Positions 46,533 through 56,992 are shown, counted from the stretch's first letter. The stretch: 64,000 bases of DNA from Candidatus Dormiibacterota bacterium (GCA_035637535.1 DASPWZ010000009.1:1082-65081), one strand, 5' to 3'. The notes: generated by a model not told the origin, from the letters alone. Numbers and translations are program-made.

Positions 46533-46556
46533 GTCATATGACGCTGTTGTCATATA
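46533..46556. promoter_or_regulatory. candidate operator in the merA/arsR divergent promoter region
   Basis: A 10-bp perfect palindrome GTCATATGAC lies at 46533-46542. A direct repeat of TGTCATAT occurs at 46532-46539 and 46548-46555. Confidence 0.4.
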
Positions 46557-46609
46557 AGCTTGCTACAGGCTGGGGATGGCTCGATTAGTTTAATTGTAGA
46601 AGCGCCCAT

Positions 46610-46966
46610 ATGGAGTGTGGGCTAATCATGAGCCAACAGCTCATCCTCGGAAAGACCGGTGTGACAGCAGCTTCGCTGCTCTTTACTGCGCTCTCGAACG
46701 ATTGTCGGGTAGGCATTCTGAACCTGCTCAGAAACGGTCCAAAGAATGTGGGAGAGATTGCCGGAGCTCTCAAAATAGAGCAAACCATGGCCTCCCACAA
46801 CCTCAAATGCCTAGCATTCTGCGGACTAGTAACAAGCCAGAGACTTGGAAAAACAATAGAGTACACCCTCAACCGAGAAACAGTTGAACCGATTCTTCGC
46901 CTAGCAGACAAGCACATCTCAAAATACGCCATCAACCTTCGAACATGCAAAACCCTAGAACGCTAA
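46610..46966 (+). CDS. ArsR/SmtB family metalloregulator
   Basis: 118-aa ORF. LSNDCRVGILNLLRNGPKNVGEIAGALKIEQTMASHNLKCLAFCGLV is the ArsR wHTH pattern. Cysteines flank the recognition helix. The gene is divergent from merA. Confidence 0.8.
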   Translation: MECGLIMSQQLILGKTGVTAASLLFTALSNDCRVGILNLLRNGPKNVGEIAGALKIEQTMASHNLKCLAFCGLVTSQRLGKTIEYTLNRETVEPILRLADKHISKYAINLRTCKTLER

Positions 46967-47126
46967 GGCAAACTTGTCCGAGTTTACATTGCGGGGCTTC
47001 AAGGGTCCGTTGCTCCAGGCCTAGATTGCTGTGGAGCACGTAGTGGGCGACTGGTTCTTGTTCACCGCTTCGACATTCTTCACAAGCAGACGGGGCCTTC
47101 GACCGGAGAGAGTGCGGAAAAGGTTG

Positions 47127-48590
47127 CTAGCATTCCTTTGTCGCTGTTAAGGGTCCTGTGAAGACAGCGAGTGTGTCGGCCAAGTAGGAGATGCCATCCT
47201 TGACTGCTCCAATATCTGAGTTCGAGACTTTCACCGAGGCCGTGCTATTTGTGTCTGATCCGTTCTTGACATCGCTGCAGCCTGCGATGTTGCCGTTCGG
47301 GTCTGTCTTTACAAGCCAGAGCGAACCATACCCGTCGTTATACTGGTTGGTGACGCCTGCTGCGATGAATCCGCCATCGCTCGTCTGCTGGAAGGACAGG
47401 AATTTTCTATCAGAATACTCAACATCCGCGCCATAGATCTTGTCCCACTGCACTTTGCCAGCGGAGTCGGTCTTGACCAACCATGCTCTCTCGTCGTAGA
47501 CGGTGTTCTGGAAGTAGTACCCCGCGAACGCGTATCCTCCATCAGCTGTCTGTTGTGCGCCCGTGATTGCTAGGTCGCTGATGCTGCCAGATGGAGCATA
47601 GGTCTTGGCAAATTGGGTGTTGCCTGTTGAGTCGAGCTTCAGAAGTAGAACACTACTGCTGTATGATGTCGCAGTGCTTATGGACACTAGCCCGCCGAGG
47701 ATGAAGCCACCGTCAGACGTCAGCGCCAGGGTCTCAGCGTAGCTGTCAGTTCCGATGGCGTAGACATGTTGCCAGACTAGTGCACCGGTTGAGTCGAGTT
47801 TGAAGACGAGTATCTGATTGTATTATACCTCTCCGGCGACCACATAGCCTCCGTCCGCCATCTGTCGGACCGCGTAGGCTGCCGAGTACTGACTGCTCGG
47901 ATCTACGAAGATATGTTGCCATTGTATCTGCCCGGTTGAGCTGAGTTTCACGACGAACGGGTTGTAGCTCGACGCGGGGGCGAAGGTATAGCCTGCTACG
48001 ACGTATCCACCGTCGGTCGTTTGTTGGAGGTCGAGAGGCCATGTGAGGGGGCCGTAGGTGGAGCTAGTAGCGATTTGAAGGTCATTTGCCCATTGAACGT
48101 TCCCGTTCGAGTCCACTTTGACGATCGTGCCACAGCTGGTCTGTCCGGTTGTGGGACAGCCGAACTGCGCGTTGCCTGCGAAGATGGCGCCTCCGTCCGC
48201 GGTCGATCGGATGAGATTCAATGGTGTAGAGTATGGATATTTCACGTAGTTGTATTGGATCTGCGATTGAATATTTCCGCTTGAGTCGACCCTCATGACC
48301 ATTGCAGTTGGCTCTGAGAGTGTGTTGCAGTTGGGAGTGGTTACCGCAGCTGCGGTACACGAGGCTCCCACGACATAACCACCACTGGACGTCTGAGCAA
48401 CGCTTTCGGCCAGCGAGTAACTGTATGGGATATTGTATGCCCTGGACCATGTCGCGGAGGTTGATGATGGTGGTTGAGGCTTTGTTGCGGCTACGGTATG
48501 AATAGGAGAAAATTGGGTAAACACGGGAATTATTGTGAGCATCAGAACCGCTAGGGTAATCGCGAAGGTGGCTTTCCTACCCTGGTACAT
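47127..48590 (-). pseudogene. secreted repeat protein (DGGY beta-propeller-like repeats) interrupted by one in-frame TAA
   Basis: ORFs 47823..48590 and 47127..47687 are in the same frame. The 45 codons between them are open and continue the repeat pattern (TSDGGFILGG). The only interruption is TAA at 47823-47825. Confidence 0.55.
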
Positions 48591-48759
48591 TAAAAGTCAA
48601 CTATTTCATAGGAAGTATATAAAAGGTACTATCATGATAGCAACCGAATTGATCTCTAGGTGAGAGATTGGGCCGCTCAAGGGTTTTCACCAATGCAAAG
48701 CTTTTCTAAGCTACTATACATGTAAAAGCTTTTAAGTCCTAGCCTTCGACCTGGAGACC

Positions 48760-49209
48760 ATGGTTACTTGGGGTCCTCGAAACACAGTAATCGCTGCAGT
48801 ATTATTGTCGGCACTTGTTGGAGGCGTCACCGGGTTTAGTGCAGGCTATCTTTCTCGCGCCGGTCCGAGTGCTCAGACACGGGATTTCTATCTCTTCGGA
48901 GTGGACCAATCGTTCAACTCTACTCTCGCCTCGGGACTCAGAGGTGATTACGCCTTCTCTTCGAGCGTAATCAACGTAAACAAAGGTGACACCCTAGTAG
49001 TTCGCTTCTACAACCCGACTGACACAAATCATACCTTTACGATTGGTTCGCCTTATGGAAACGATGTGGTCGTGGCGGGACGCCCAACTGATACCAGTCC
49101 AATCCATAACGCAACCATCACCATAGGTGCAAGCCAGGCTGGAATATTTCCGTTCTACTGCAGGTTCCACATGCCATCCATGTCGGGAAGTATCGTCGTC
49201 CAGGGATAA
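48760..49209 (+). CDS. cupredoxin (plastocyanin/halocyanin-like blue copper protein)
   Basis: 149-aa ORF with an N-terminal anchor. Copper ligands are NHTF...FYCRFHMPSM (His, Cys-x2-His-x4-Met). Confidence 0.8.
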   Translation: MVTWGPRNTVIAAVLLSALVGGVTGFSAGYLSRAGPSAQTRDFYLFGVDQSFNSTLASGLRGDYAFSSSVINVNKGDTLVVRFYNPTDTNHTFTIGSPYGNDVVVAGRPTDTSPIHNATITIGASQAGIFPFYCRFHMPSMSGSIVVQG

Positions 49210-49384
49210 TCTGGTCCCCTCCTCGTGGCCATACCCTGGACAACCTTCTGTTCGATTGTTGGAGCAACAGTGTCGCTTTAGTTTCCCAAAAAGAGCTTAG
49301 TGAGATTCACCACTAGCGCACGGTGCGCTGGTGCGTTCTTGAAAAATGGGAGGGTTGAGGGGGTTGTCTAGATCGGTCTGGCTG

Positions 49385-49621
49385 TCAGTCTCGCAGTCTG
49401 CCTACTGCTTGGAGAATGTGCTCTCGGCTGCTGACTTGCTGGTATGGCCGGATCTTCTCTGCGTTTCCGTTACTGTTTTGTTTGGCTGGGGGGTTAATCT
49501 TGACCCAGTCCGGGATGATGACAGCCCTGATCAATTCTTGGACCGTTATGCCGCGGTCCTCGGCTTCGTTTGTTAGGAGTTTGAAGTTCTCGTCGCGGAG
49601 GGAGAGCATGAATTTTGCCAA
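49385..49621 (-). CDS. ribbon-helix-helix (CopG-like) DNA-binding protein
   Basis: 78-aa ORF. MAKFMLSLRDENFKLLTNEAEDRGITVQELIRAVI is an RHH pattern. Confidence 0.55.
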   Translation of the reverse strand: MAKFMLSLRDENFKLLTNEAEDRGITVQELIRAVIIPDWVKINPPAKQNSNGNAEKIRPYQQVSSREHILQAVGRLRD

Positions 49622-49796
49622 AGAGTCACCTAATTGGAAGGGAGTTGTTCCCTGTCAGCAGTTCATATAAACATTCCGAAAAAAAGTACAGAAGATTTTC
49701 CTCTCAAGAGAGTAAAAACGCGCGAAGGAATACCTATCAATCCGTACTCCCTTCTCCTATTTCGAGGATAGAGCGTCCCGTTCGACCGCGTCTGCC

Positions 49797-50549
49797 ATGC
49801 GAGAGCCAATAGAACTTCACCTCAACGAAGCTCCCAAACTCCACAGTCCAATCCTCATCGCCGGACTCCCAGACAGTGGGCGCGTTGCGAAGATTGTTCT
49901 CGATCACCTTGTCAAGACCCTCAAAGCCGCTCCACTAGGTTACCTTCACTCCGATTATCTTCCACCTCGCGTCCTGCTGAAGCCTGACGGGACGCCGGAG
50001 TTGATGAAGCATGAATTCTACTACTGGGTCAACAGCGATGAAGCTGGCAACGATCTAGTTCTCTACACGGGAGACGCTCAGCCGATACTTCCTGAAGGAG
50101 CTTTCCGACTTTCAGAGGCCGTCGTTGATCTTGCAGAACGACTAGGCGTTGGCACTCTTATCACTGTGGGGGCTTTCATAACTGGTAGAATTTCTGACAA
50201 CCCCAAGGTCTACGGGGCAGCCAGTGAATCCGATCTCGTCCAAGAACTCAAAGCTCTAGACGTTCAGATCATAGACAGCGGCGCAGTAACCTGGATGAAC
50301 GGGCTAATCCCAGGCCTGGCCAAAGTCCGAAACCTCAAGGGGCTATTCCTCTCTGGCGAGACCTCTGGTTTTATGGTGGATCCGAGAGCGGCTACGATTA
50401 TCCTACGTGTCCTCATACGTAAGCTCGGGTTGCAGATTGAGATGAAGGAGTTGGAGGAGCAGGCGAAGGAGATTGATGATGCTCTCAAGAAGGGCGGCGA
50501 CAAAGAATCCCAGGCGGCTCAGCCGGGCAAAGCGAAGTACGTAGGCTAG
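49797..50549 (+). CDS. PAC2-family proteasome assembly chaperone-like protein
   Basis: 250-aa ORF. LHSPILIAGLPDSGRVAKIVLDHL and the later blocks resemble archaeal PAC2/COG1938 proteins. Confidence 0.7.
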   Translation: MREPIELHLNEAPKLHSPILIAGLPDSGRVAKIVLDHLVKTLKAAPLGYLHSDYLPPRVLLKPDGTPELMKHEFYYWVNSDEAGNDLVLYTGDAQPILPEGAFRLSEAVVDLAERLGVGTLITVGAFITGRISDNPKVYGAASESDLVQELKALDVQIIDSGAVTWMNGLIPGLAKVRNLKGLFLSGETSGFMVDPRAATIILRVLIRKLGLQIEMKELEEQAKEIDDALKKGGDKESQAAQPGKAKYVG

Positions 50550-50654
50550 TCCGTGGTCATGGACTAGGCTTGTCGTCTCAATTCAAGTAAACAGCCGCAG
50601 ATCAGAGCATAGGCAGTGACCCAATGTCCCGCTGACAAGTGTTGAGCTAAGAAC

Positions 50655-51983
50655 ATGAAAAGGAACACGATCGAGACTGGACTGGCCTTTGTCGGACTGG
50701 GAATGATCTATTACGGCGCTAGTGTCAAACAGTGTCTGCACGCGGCTGGACAGCCGGCTCCAAATTGCCACTTCACACCTCTGGGAGACACGTTCTTTCT
50801 CGTAGGGATGGTAGTGGCCTGGATTGGGATTGCGCCGTGGAAAATTTATGCAAGAAACTATCTCTGTCAGGTCTGCGGGGCAGCGTTCGGGGGAGGCAAG
50901 GAAGGTAAGCTCTCACAATCCTCGCACCTCCAAAGTACCCACCCAGACTTCTACAAGTGGGATGTCAGATGGATTCGTTGGACTAACGTCTTTGCCATTT
51001 TCTGCTTCGTCTATATCATTGGGACGGGCGAGCTAGTCGGCGCCATGCCTTCCTTGAGCGCGTTCAATGATTTGTGGTTGCTCGGCTTCGTCGGAGTCAT
51101 GGCAGCCCTAGTTTTCGATCTAGCCGACTTGCATTTTGTTACTAAGAAATTCAAGAACAAATGGCTACTACTTCACCCTGAAGAGAAGAACGCTGAGACA
51201 TTACGGATCGAACCGGAAAAATTGGTGGCAGGAGTCGCAGCTTGGAACAAATTCACTCGTGGACAAGAACAATACTCCGGTGGGCTGATGAGTGGGGGAT
51301 TGAAGAAAAAAGGCAACTTTGCAGGAGGGTACGGAGTCTACTTTACTTCTCAGAGAATCATTGGAGTCAAGACCAGCAGATGGTTCGTGGTCATTCTTGT
51401 CGTTGCCGCGTTGGCCGGAATCGCAGGGGCCTCAGCTGTTGCCATCATTGTCGGAACTTCAGCAGCCTATTCCTACTTCATAGCGGCTCCGATAATTCTG
51501 GCTCTCATTGCCTGGGGGCAAAACAGATTGAGATTCCAAGATCCCATGACATTAGAGGAATTAGACCGCAGGAAAGACTTTGAAATTCGGCGGGAGAATA
51601 TCTCCGGTGTAGACCTCAAGAAGCCCGGCATTGTGCGACGAGGACACCTGATAATCACATCCAAGAGAGGGAAGGATCTCACAGTCATGATCAACCAAGA
51701 ACCCGGTGTCTTTGAAAGGTTGAAGGGATTAGTCTCAGGATTTGCCTTCGTACCGTCTGAAACTTGGATCAAAGAAAGATCTCACACAATCAACTACCCG
51801 ACGCCTATCTACACATATCCGGGGAAATTGGACAGTATCCAGGACGACTCTGCTGAGATTCAGCGCATCGTTGACGAGAAACACGTTGAGCAAAGAGATT
51901 TTGAATTATGCCCACATTGTGCAGCCATGGTCCCGCGCGGTACTGGCGTCTGTCCGAGTTGTGGGAAAACCATAGAGAGTTAA
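50655..51983 (+). CDS. membrane protein with C-terminal zinc ribbon
   Basis: 442-aa ORF with several TM helices, an internal CQVCG and a C-terminal CPHCAAMVPRGTGVCPSCG. Confidence 0.6.
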   Translation: MKRNTIETGLAFVGLGMIYYGASVKQCLHAAGQPAPNCHFTPLGDTFFLVGMVVAWIGIAPWKIYARNYLCQVCGAAFGGGKEGKLSQSSHLQSTHPDFYKWDVRWIRWTNVFAIFCFVYIIGTGELVGAMPSLSAFNDLWLLGFVGVMAALVFDLADLHFVTKKFKNKWLLLHPEEKNAETLRIEPEKLVAGVAAWNKFTRGQEQYSGGLMSGGLKKKGNFAGGYGVYFTSQRIIGVKTSRWFVVILVVAALAGIAGASAVAIIVGTSAAYSYFIAAPIILALIAWGQNRLRFQDPMTLEELDRRKDFEIRRENISGVDLKKPGIVRRGHLIITSKRGKDLTVMINQEPGVFERLKGLVSGFAFVPSETWIKERSHTINYPTPIYTYPGKLDSIQDDSAEIQRIVDEKHVEQRDFELCPHCAAMVPRGTGVCPSCGKTIES

Positions 51984-52121
51984 AGCATGAGCATGATCTG
52001 CTCACACTCCCTCAGCGAGGCAAGGCAAAGTACGCCAAATAGAATCTATTCCTAGCGTTACAGTCTACAAGAAAGCTCCGTTAGTGACTCAAGAGATACT
52101 GCTTTCGAGCTGGATCGGAAT

Positions 52122-53063
52122 ATGAGGAATCGCATCATCGTTGCTGGAGGCAGTGGCTTCATTGGCCGCTTGCTCACTGACAGACTTGTCTCTGGAGATA
52201 ACGATGTCGTTGTCCTGACTCGATCCCCACAAACGGCCGGGCAGTCGATTCGTCTAGTCGGATGGGATGGGCGTACGCTGGGAGACTGGGCGAGAGAACT
52301 CAAAGGTGCGCGGGCACTAATCAATCTCGCCGGGCGATCAGTGAATTGCCGATACAACGAGCGCAACAGGCGGGAGATTCTGGAGTCGCGAGTCGATTCG
52401 ACGCGCGTGCTGGGCGAGGCAATCGCTCGTTGCAGCAAACCTCCTCCGGTCTGGCTTAACGCCAGCACGGCCACTATCTACAAACACACATTCGACCGGC
52501 AGATGGATGAGGCCACCGGCGAAATTGGTGCGACTCCGGAGGCCAAGGATGCATTCTCGGTCGAGGTCGCCCGTGCTTGGGAAGAAGCGCTCTTCAACGC
52601 CTCTACGCCTGCGACACGGAAGGTCGCACTGCGTACCGCTATGGTCTTCGCCGCGAGCAAAGGTGGTGTCTACCGGGTCCTGCGAGGGCTCACGCGATGG
52701 GGGTTGGGAAGCGCCATTGCCGGCGGGCATCAATATATTTCCTGGATTCACGAAGCTGATTTTTGCCGCGCTGTCGAATGGTTGATCGACCGGGACGATT
52801 TCAGCGGGCCAGTCAACCTGGCCTCGCCGAACCAGATTCCGCAACGCGAAATGATGAGAATCATACGTCGGGAGCTTGGTGTGCCCTTTGGATTGCCCGC
52901 GACGCGCAGGATGCTCGAGGTCGCGGCCTTCGTTCACAGGACCGAGGCCGAACTGATAATCAAGAGCCGCCGAGTTGCGCCCGGCCGGCTGCTGGCATCC
53001 GACTTCCAGTTTCTTTTCCCGAGAATGGAAGACGCCGTGCGAGAGATTGAAAGCCGCCTATGA
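52122..53063 (+). CDS. TIGR01777-family NAD-dependent epimerase/dehydratase-like protein (SDR39U1-like)
   Basis: 313-aa ORF. The IIVAGGSGFIGRLL Rossmann motif and a DUF1731-like C-terminus are present. Confidence 0.75.
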   Translation: MRNRIIVAGGSGFIGRLLTDRLVSGDNDVVVLTRSPQTAGQSIRLVGWDGRTLGDWARELKGARALINLAGRSVNCRYNERNRREILESRVDSTRVLGEAIARCSKPPPVWLNASTATIYKHTFDRQMDEATGEIGATPEAKDAFSVEVARAWEEALFNASTPATRKVALRTAMVFAASKGGVYRVLRGLTRWGLGSAIAGGHQYISWIHEADFCRAVEWLIDRDDFSGPVNLASPNQIPQREMMRIIRRELGVPFGLPATRRMLEVAAFVHRTEAELIIKSRRVAPGRLLASDFQFLFPRMEDAVREIESRL

Positions 53064-53208
53064 CTTAGGACTTGAACGATCGAGCTGAATGATACGATTA
53101 GCCCGTATTCCTAAAACCTAGTTCCGCCCACGAGGGAGTTACGCCTATTTTGACCGCAAGATTTGGAGTCAAACTCTTTATTTTTGATTACTCTCCCATG
53201 ATCGAGCA

Positions 53209-53787
53209 ATGCTTTCAACTCAAGCGGCTGTAGTCGCAAATCGGCTAGGATCTGTGATTGACGGGAAGCTTGTTCGTACCAAGATTAGCACCCCTCTCGG
53301 GTCGATGATCGCCGTCGCGGATGACGCAGCATTATTCCTACTCGAATTTGAGAATCGTGTGGCATTAACAGGCGAACTTCGTCGTCTAGAGCGAAACTTT
53401 GGACTGATCGGTTCAGGCACCAACACTGTTCTAAAAATGCTCATCGCTCAGCTCGACGATTATTTCGCCGGCGAGTCTGCAGATTTCCAAATCCCTACGA
53501 CCCAGCACGGCACAGCGTTCGAAGAAGCCGTCTGGCAGGCCTTGAGACAGATTCCTACTGGACAGACACGAAGCTATGGTGACATTGCTGAAGCGCTCGG
53601 ACAGCCTGAGAAATCCCGCGAGGTTGGAAAGGCAAACGGTGCCAACAAAATATCGCTCGTTGTGCCATGCCATAGAGTGATTGGTTCGGATGGCTCGCTT
53701 GTCGGATACGGAGGAGGAATATGGCGGAAAAAATGGCTTCTAGATCACGAACGACGGTACGCGTGGACCTCGTTCGAACACGGTTAG
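53209..53787 (+). CDS. ogt: methylated-DNA--protein-cysteine methyltransferase
   Basis: 192-aa ORF with the active site VPCHRVI preceded by TRSYGDIA. Confidence 0.85.
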   Translation: MLSTQAAVVANRLGSVIDGKLVRTKISTPLGSMIAVADDAALFLLEFENRVALTGELRRLERNFGLIGSGTNTVLKMLIAQLDDYFAGESADFQIPTTQHGTAFEEAVWQALRQIPTGQTRSYGDIAEALGQPEKSREVGKANGANKISLVVPCHRVIGSDGSLVGYGGGIWRKKWLLDHERRYAWTSFEHG

Positions 53788-53899
53788 ATAGCACTCAGTC
53801 GGCCCGCGTGACTGTCCTCAAATGATGTTTCGAAGTCATCAATCCCAATCTAAGATCTCCGAGAAAACCATTGGCGGAATCTGCTGCTGTTCCCATCTA

Positions 53900-54589
53900 T
53901 CACCAAGGTAGGCCCAGTGCCCCTGCTAGGAACTTGTTGAGCGGGTCAAGTTTCTTACCTGCTTGGACGAAATCCTTCATGAATCTTGGGCCCGTAACTT
54001 GTGCATTGCTGAATTGGACCCCTGCGGTAATGTCCTTCAGTTTCAAATCTCCGACGAAAGGATGTTTAGCGTCAAACCCGGTCGGTGGTCGTTTCAAAGA
54101 TTCACCCTCCATCTTCAACCCGCTCTCCTTGACCCGCTTCCAAGCCTCGGGTTGGGACACGATCGCCCTACGGACCCTGTTTAGGGTCGGAGGGTCAGGG
54201 TGCCATATGCCTGCACCGGCAAAACTGTCTCCCGGTGCCAGGTGAAGGTATAGCCCGGTGTAAGACTTCTTTCCTCCTCGACGGTGCCAGAACTCCATGG
54301 CCACATTGGTCTTGTAGGGACTCTTGTCCTTGGAGAAGCGTATGTCTCGGTAGATCCGGAAGAGTGACCCGCCAAAGGGCCGAGGGTCTGCCACAAGGTA
54401 TGGGCTAACCGCTCTAAGCTCGGCACCAGCGTCTTTAATGAACCGGAGGCTGGGTGCGAGGACATACCTCTCATAACGTTGCTTGTTCTTCTGAAACCAT
54501 ACTCTGTTATTGCTTCTAGCCAAGCTCCTCAGAAACTTGAAGAATTCAGGAGAGAAGTAAGACCCGCTGGACTTCGAGCTCAAATCCAT
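53900..54589 (-). CDS. DUF2461 (TIGR02453) family protein
   Basis: 229-aa ORF. FFKFLRSLARSNNRVWFQKNKQRYE and IYRDIRFSKDKSPYK are family signatures. Confidence 0.7.
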   Translation of the reverse strand: MDLSSKSSGSYFSPEFFKFLRSLARSNNRVWFQKNKQRYERYVLAPSLRFIKDAGAELRAVSPYLVADPRPFGGSLFRIYRDIRFSKDKSPYKTNVAMEFWHRRGGKKSYTGLYLHLAPGDSFAGAGIWHPDPPTLNRVRRAIVSQPEAWKRVKESGLKMEGESLKRPPTGFDAKHPFVGDLKLKDITAGVQFSNAQVTGPRFMKDFVQAGKKLDPLNKFLAGALGLPW

Positions 54590-54748
54590 CAGTATTTACT
54601 CGCGGATTTCGTATTGTTAAGCTCTGCTCACTCAGATCCAAGTTCTTTCATCATCGGCCGAATTTCCGTCCGGGTTAGCTCTCAAGAGAAAACATAGAGA
54701 ACCCTCAAGAGAGAAACATAGAAAACGCTCACGAAGGAGTGACTCTGC

Positions 54749-55756
54749 ATGAAAGGTCCTGCCCTTAGCTGGCTCCTTGACCCCAAGGACCCGTCGGTTA
54801 GACATCAGGCTCTCATCGATCTGCTGCACAGGCCAAAGGATGGAAAAGATGTCTTGGCGACACGGGAGAAGATTCCAAGCTACCGGCCGGTCAAGAAGAT
54901 CATCGCCACCCAGACAAGCAAAGGTATCTGGTCTCCCAAGGAGACCTGTTATCGTCCAAAATGGACATCCGCTGTCTGGCCTCTAGCACTACTCGGAGAA
55001 ATGGACGCTCCGCCCGATCATAGGATCAGTTCTGAATGCGAGAGATTTCTCGATCTTCACCAGACAGAGACCGGTGCCTTCGCCTGCCCGAGCAAGGTCG
55101 AGGAGAGCAAGAGATGGGACGAGCCGTGTCTCACAGGAAATATGATTCGGACTCTGATCAAGTTCGACTACTCTAATGACCCGCGGGTTCGAAGGGCGAT
55201 CGACTGGCTGCCGAAGGATCAGCTAGAGGATGGTGGCTGGAACTGCGACCATCCTGAGAAGAAAGTGAAGCATAGTAGCTTCATGTCCACCATCGAGCCG
55301 TTATGGGCCTACTCTGAGATTCCAAGACAGAAATGGACCCGGAAAATGAAACAGTCCATCAATGATGGGGCCGAGTTTCTCCTCATGCACCACCTCTACA
55401 AGTCAGACAACCACCACTGGCAGGAAACCTACCCATTCTTCACCAAACTCCACTTTCCAATGTACTACTTCTACGACATCCTCCACGCGCTGCGAGTATT
55501 GACGAAGCTTGGATATGGAGACGATGAGCGAATCAGAAGTGCCGTTCACCTGTTGCTGTCAAAACGTAGACCTGATGGCGCTTGGAATCTCGAGGGCGAC
55601 TGGTATCGAGAAGGCGACTTCTTCTATCCTAGCGGGAAAGGCCGAAAGGCACCCGTAGAGGTTGAAGAGATCGGAAAACCCAGCAAGTGGATCACTCTGA
55701 ACGCCTACAGGGTCCTGACCCATACCGGCGACATTGACCTGAACCAAGACTCGTAA
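54749..55756 (+). CDS. alpha/alpha-toroid (prenyltransferase/squalene-oxidase repeat-like) protein
   Basis: 335-aa ORF with repeated DGGW/DGAW-containing helical repeats. Confidence 0.45.
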   Translation: MKGPALSWLLDPKDPSVRHQALIDLLHRPKDGKDVLATREKIPSYRPVKKIIATQTSKGIWSPKETCYRPKWTSAVWPLALLGEMDAPPDHRISSECERFLDLHQTETGAFACPSKVEESKRWDEPCLTGNMIRTLIKFDYSNDPRVRRAIDWLPKDQLEDGGWNCDHPEKKVKHSSFMSTIEPLWAYSEIPRQKWTRKMKQSINDGAEFLLMHHLYKSDNHHWQETYPFFTKLHFPMYYFYDILHALRVLTKLGYGDDERIRSAVHLLLSKRRPDGAWNLEGDWYREGDFFYPSGKGRKAPVEVEEIGKPSKWITLNAYRVLTHTGDIDLNQDS

Positions 55757-55857
55757 CAGACAACCAAGACTCCGAGCCCCGCATTAGTCGCTTCGGGTCG
55801 CAGGGTTTCTTGGTGAGGGCGGTGAGGTGGGTGAGCACGCACGGCGTTTCTTGTCCA

Positions 55858-56166
55858 TCAAGTTAGTTTTCCAATGAGAACTTCCCAAGGATAGATTTCG
55901 AGGGGGCGAAGCACTCCAGTGCGCATCCAAGGATCTTCAGCGAGCCTCTTTCGAAGGACCCCCTCGTTAGGCGCACTAAGGACGAGCATCGCCCTATGCT
56001 TCGAGTATTTCAATGGCCCACCAAGAATTACAAAATGTTCGTCAGCGAGAGCGTCCATGAACACGGCGTGTTCAGTCCACCCTTTCTGATCCCGCATCGA
56101 CCGCTTCTCATCCCACGCTGGTCCTTGCTCGTTGATCACAACGAAGTATGGCAATTCCCTGCCCAT
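55858..56166 (-). CDS. YciI-like protein
   Basis: 102-aa ORF. The pattern WTEHAVFMDALADEHFVILGGPL...DPW fits YCII-related domain proteins. Confidence 0.6.
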   Translation of the reverse strand: MGRELPYFVVINEQGPAWDEKRSMRDQKGWTEHAVFMDALADEHFVILGGPLKYSKHRAMLVLSAPNEGVLRKRLAEDPWMRTGVLRPLEIYPWEVLIGKLT

Positions 56167-56311
56167 GCCTCATAGATTGGCACGAATTGGTTTCACATAA
56201 TCGTAACGATCCAAAACCCGTTTTCACCGACTGAATGCTGTACGTTCAAGAAGGAGTGATTCAGCAAACATTTTTGACTACTCGCTACACAGCCGTTGTA
56301 GCAGACTTTCG

Positions 56312-56992
56312 ATGATGACATTGAAGAGTCGCATGGTCGAATTCAAAACAGAAGATGGCTTTGGAAAGGGATACCTGGCATCGCCCGAAAACCCGCGCAG
56401 CGGAGTTCTCGTTCTGCACGCCTGGTGGGGACTCAATGATTTCTTCAAGGGCTTTGCTAACAGGCTAGCCTCTCAGGGATTTCTCGCACTAGCGCCGGAC
56501 CTTCATGACGGTGCTGTAGCAACGTCCGTAGAGGGGGCGAAGGAGCTCCGGTCAAGAATCGCTGACGAGAGAATAAAGCAAATAGTTCTAGCAGGAACCG
56601 ACTACCTACGAGCAGATCCATCAATATCCGGACACAAAATCGGCGTCGTGGGCTTCTCCATGGGGGCAGCATGGTCTCTATTATTGAGCACGTTGAAGCC
56701 CGAAACGGTTGGAGCAGTTGTTGTCTTCTACGGAAGCTACACTATGGATTTCTCAAAAGCTGAAGCATCCTTTCTGGGTCATTTCTCACCCGAGGATGAA
56801 TGGGAACCGCTTGGGGACGTGCGGGCTACAGAGGAGAAGATTCGCGGGGCCGGAAGGGAGGTTTCGTTTCACTTCTATCCTGGAACGAAACACTGGTTCG
56901 TCGAAGAGAATCGGCCCGTAGAGTACAACCGGGCCGCCTCAGACCTGGCTTGGAAGAGGACGCTAGAGTTCCTCGACACAAAACTACGATAA
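56312..56992 (+). CDS. dienelactone hydrolase family protein
   Basis: 226-aa ORF. VLVLHAWWGLNDF, the nucleophile-elbow-like VVGFSMGA and a C-terminal H (GTKHWF) are present. Confidence 0.8.
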   Translation: MMTLKSRMVEFKTEDGFGKGYLASPENPRSGVLVLHAWWGLNDFFKGFANRLASQGFLALAPDLHDGAVATSVEGAKELRSRIADERIKQIVLAGTDYLRADPSISGHKIGVVGFSMGAAWSLLLSTLKPETVGAVVVFYGSYTMDFSKAEASFLGHFSPEDEWEPLGDVRATEEKIRGAGREVSFHFYPGTKHWFVEENRPVEYNRAASDLAWKRTLEFLDTKLR

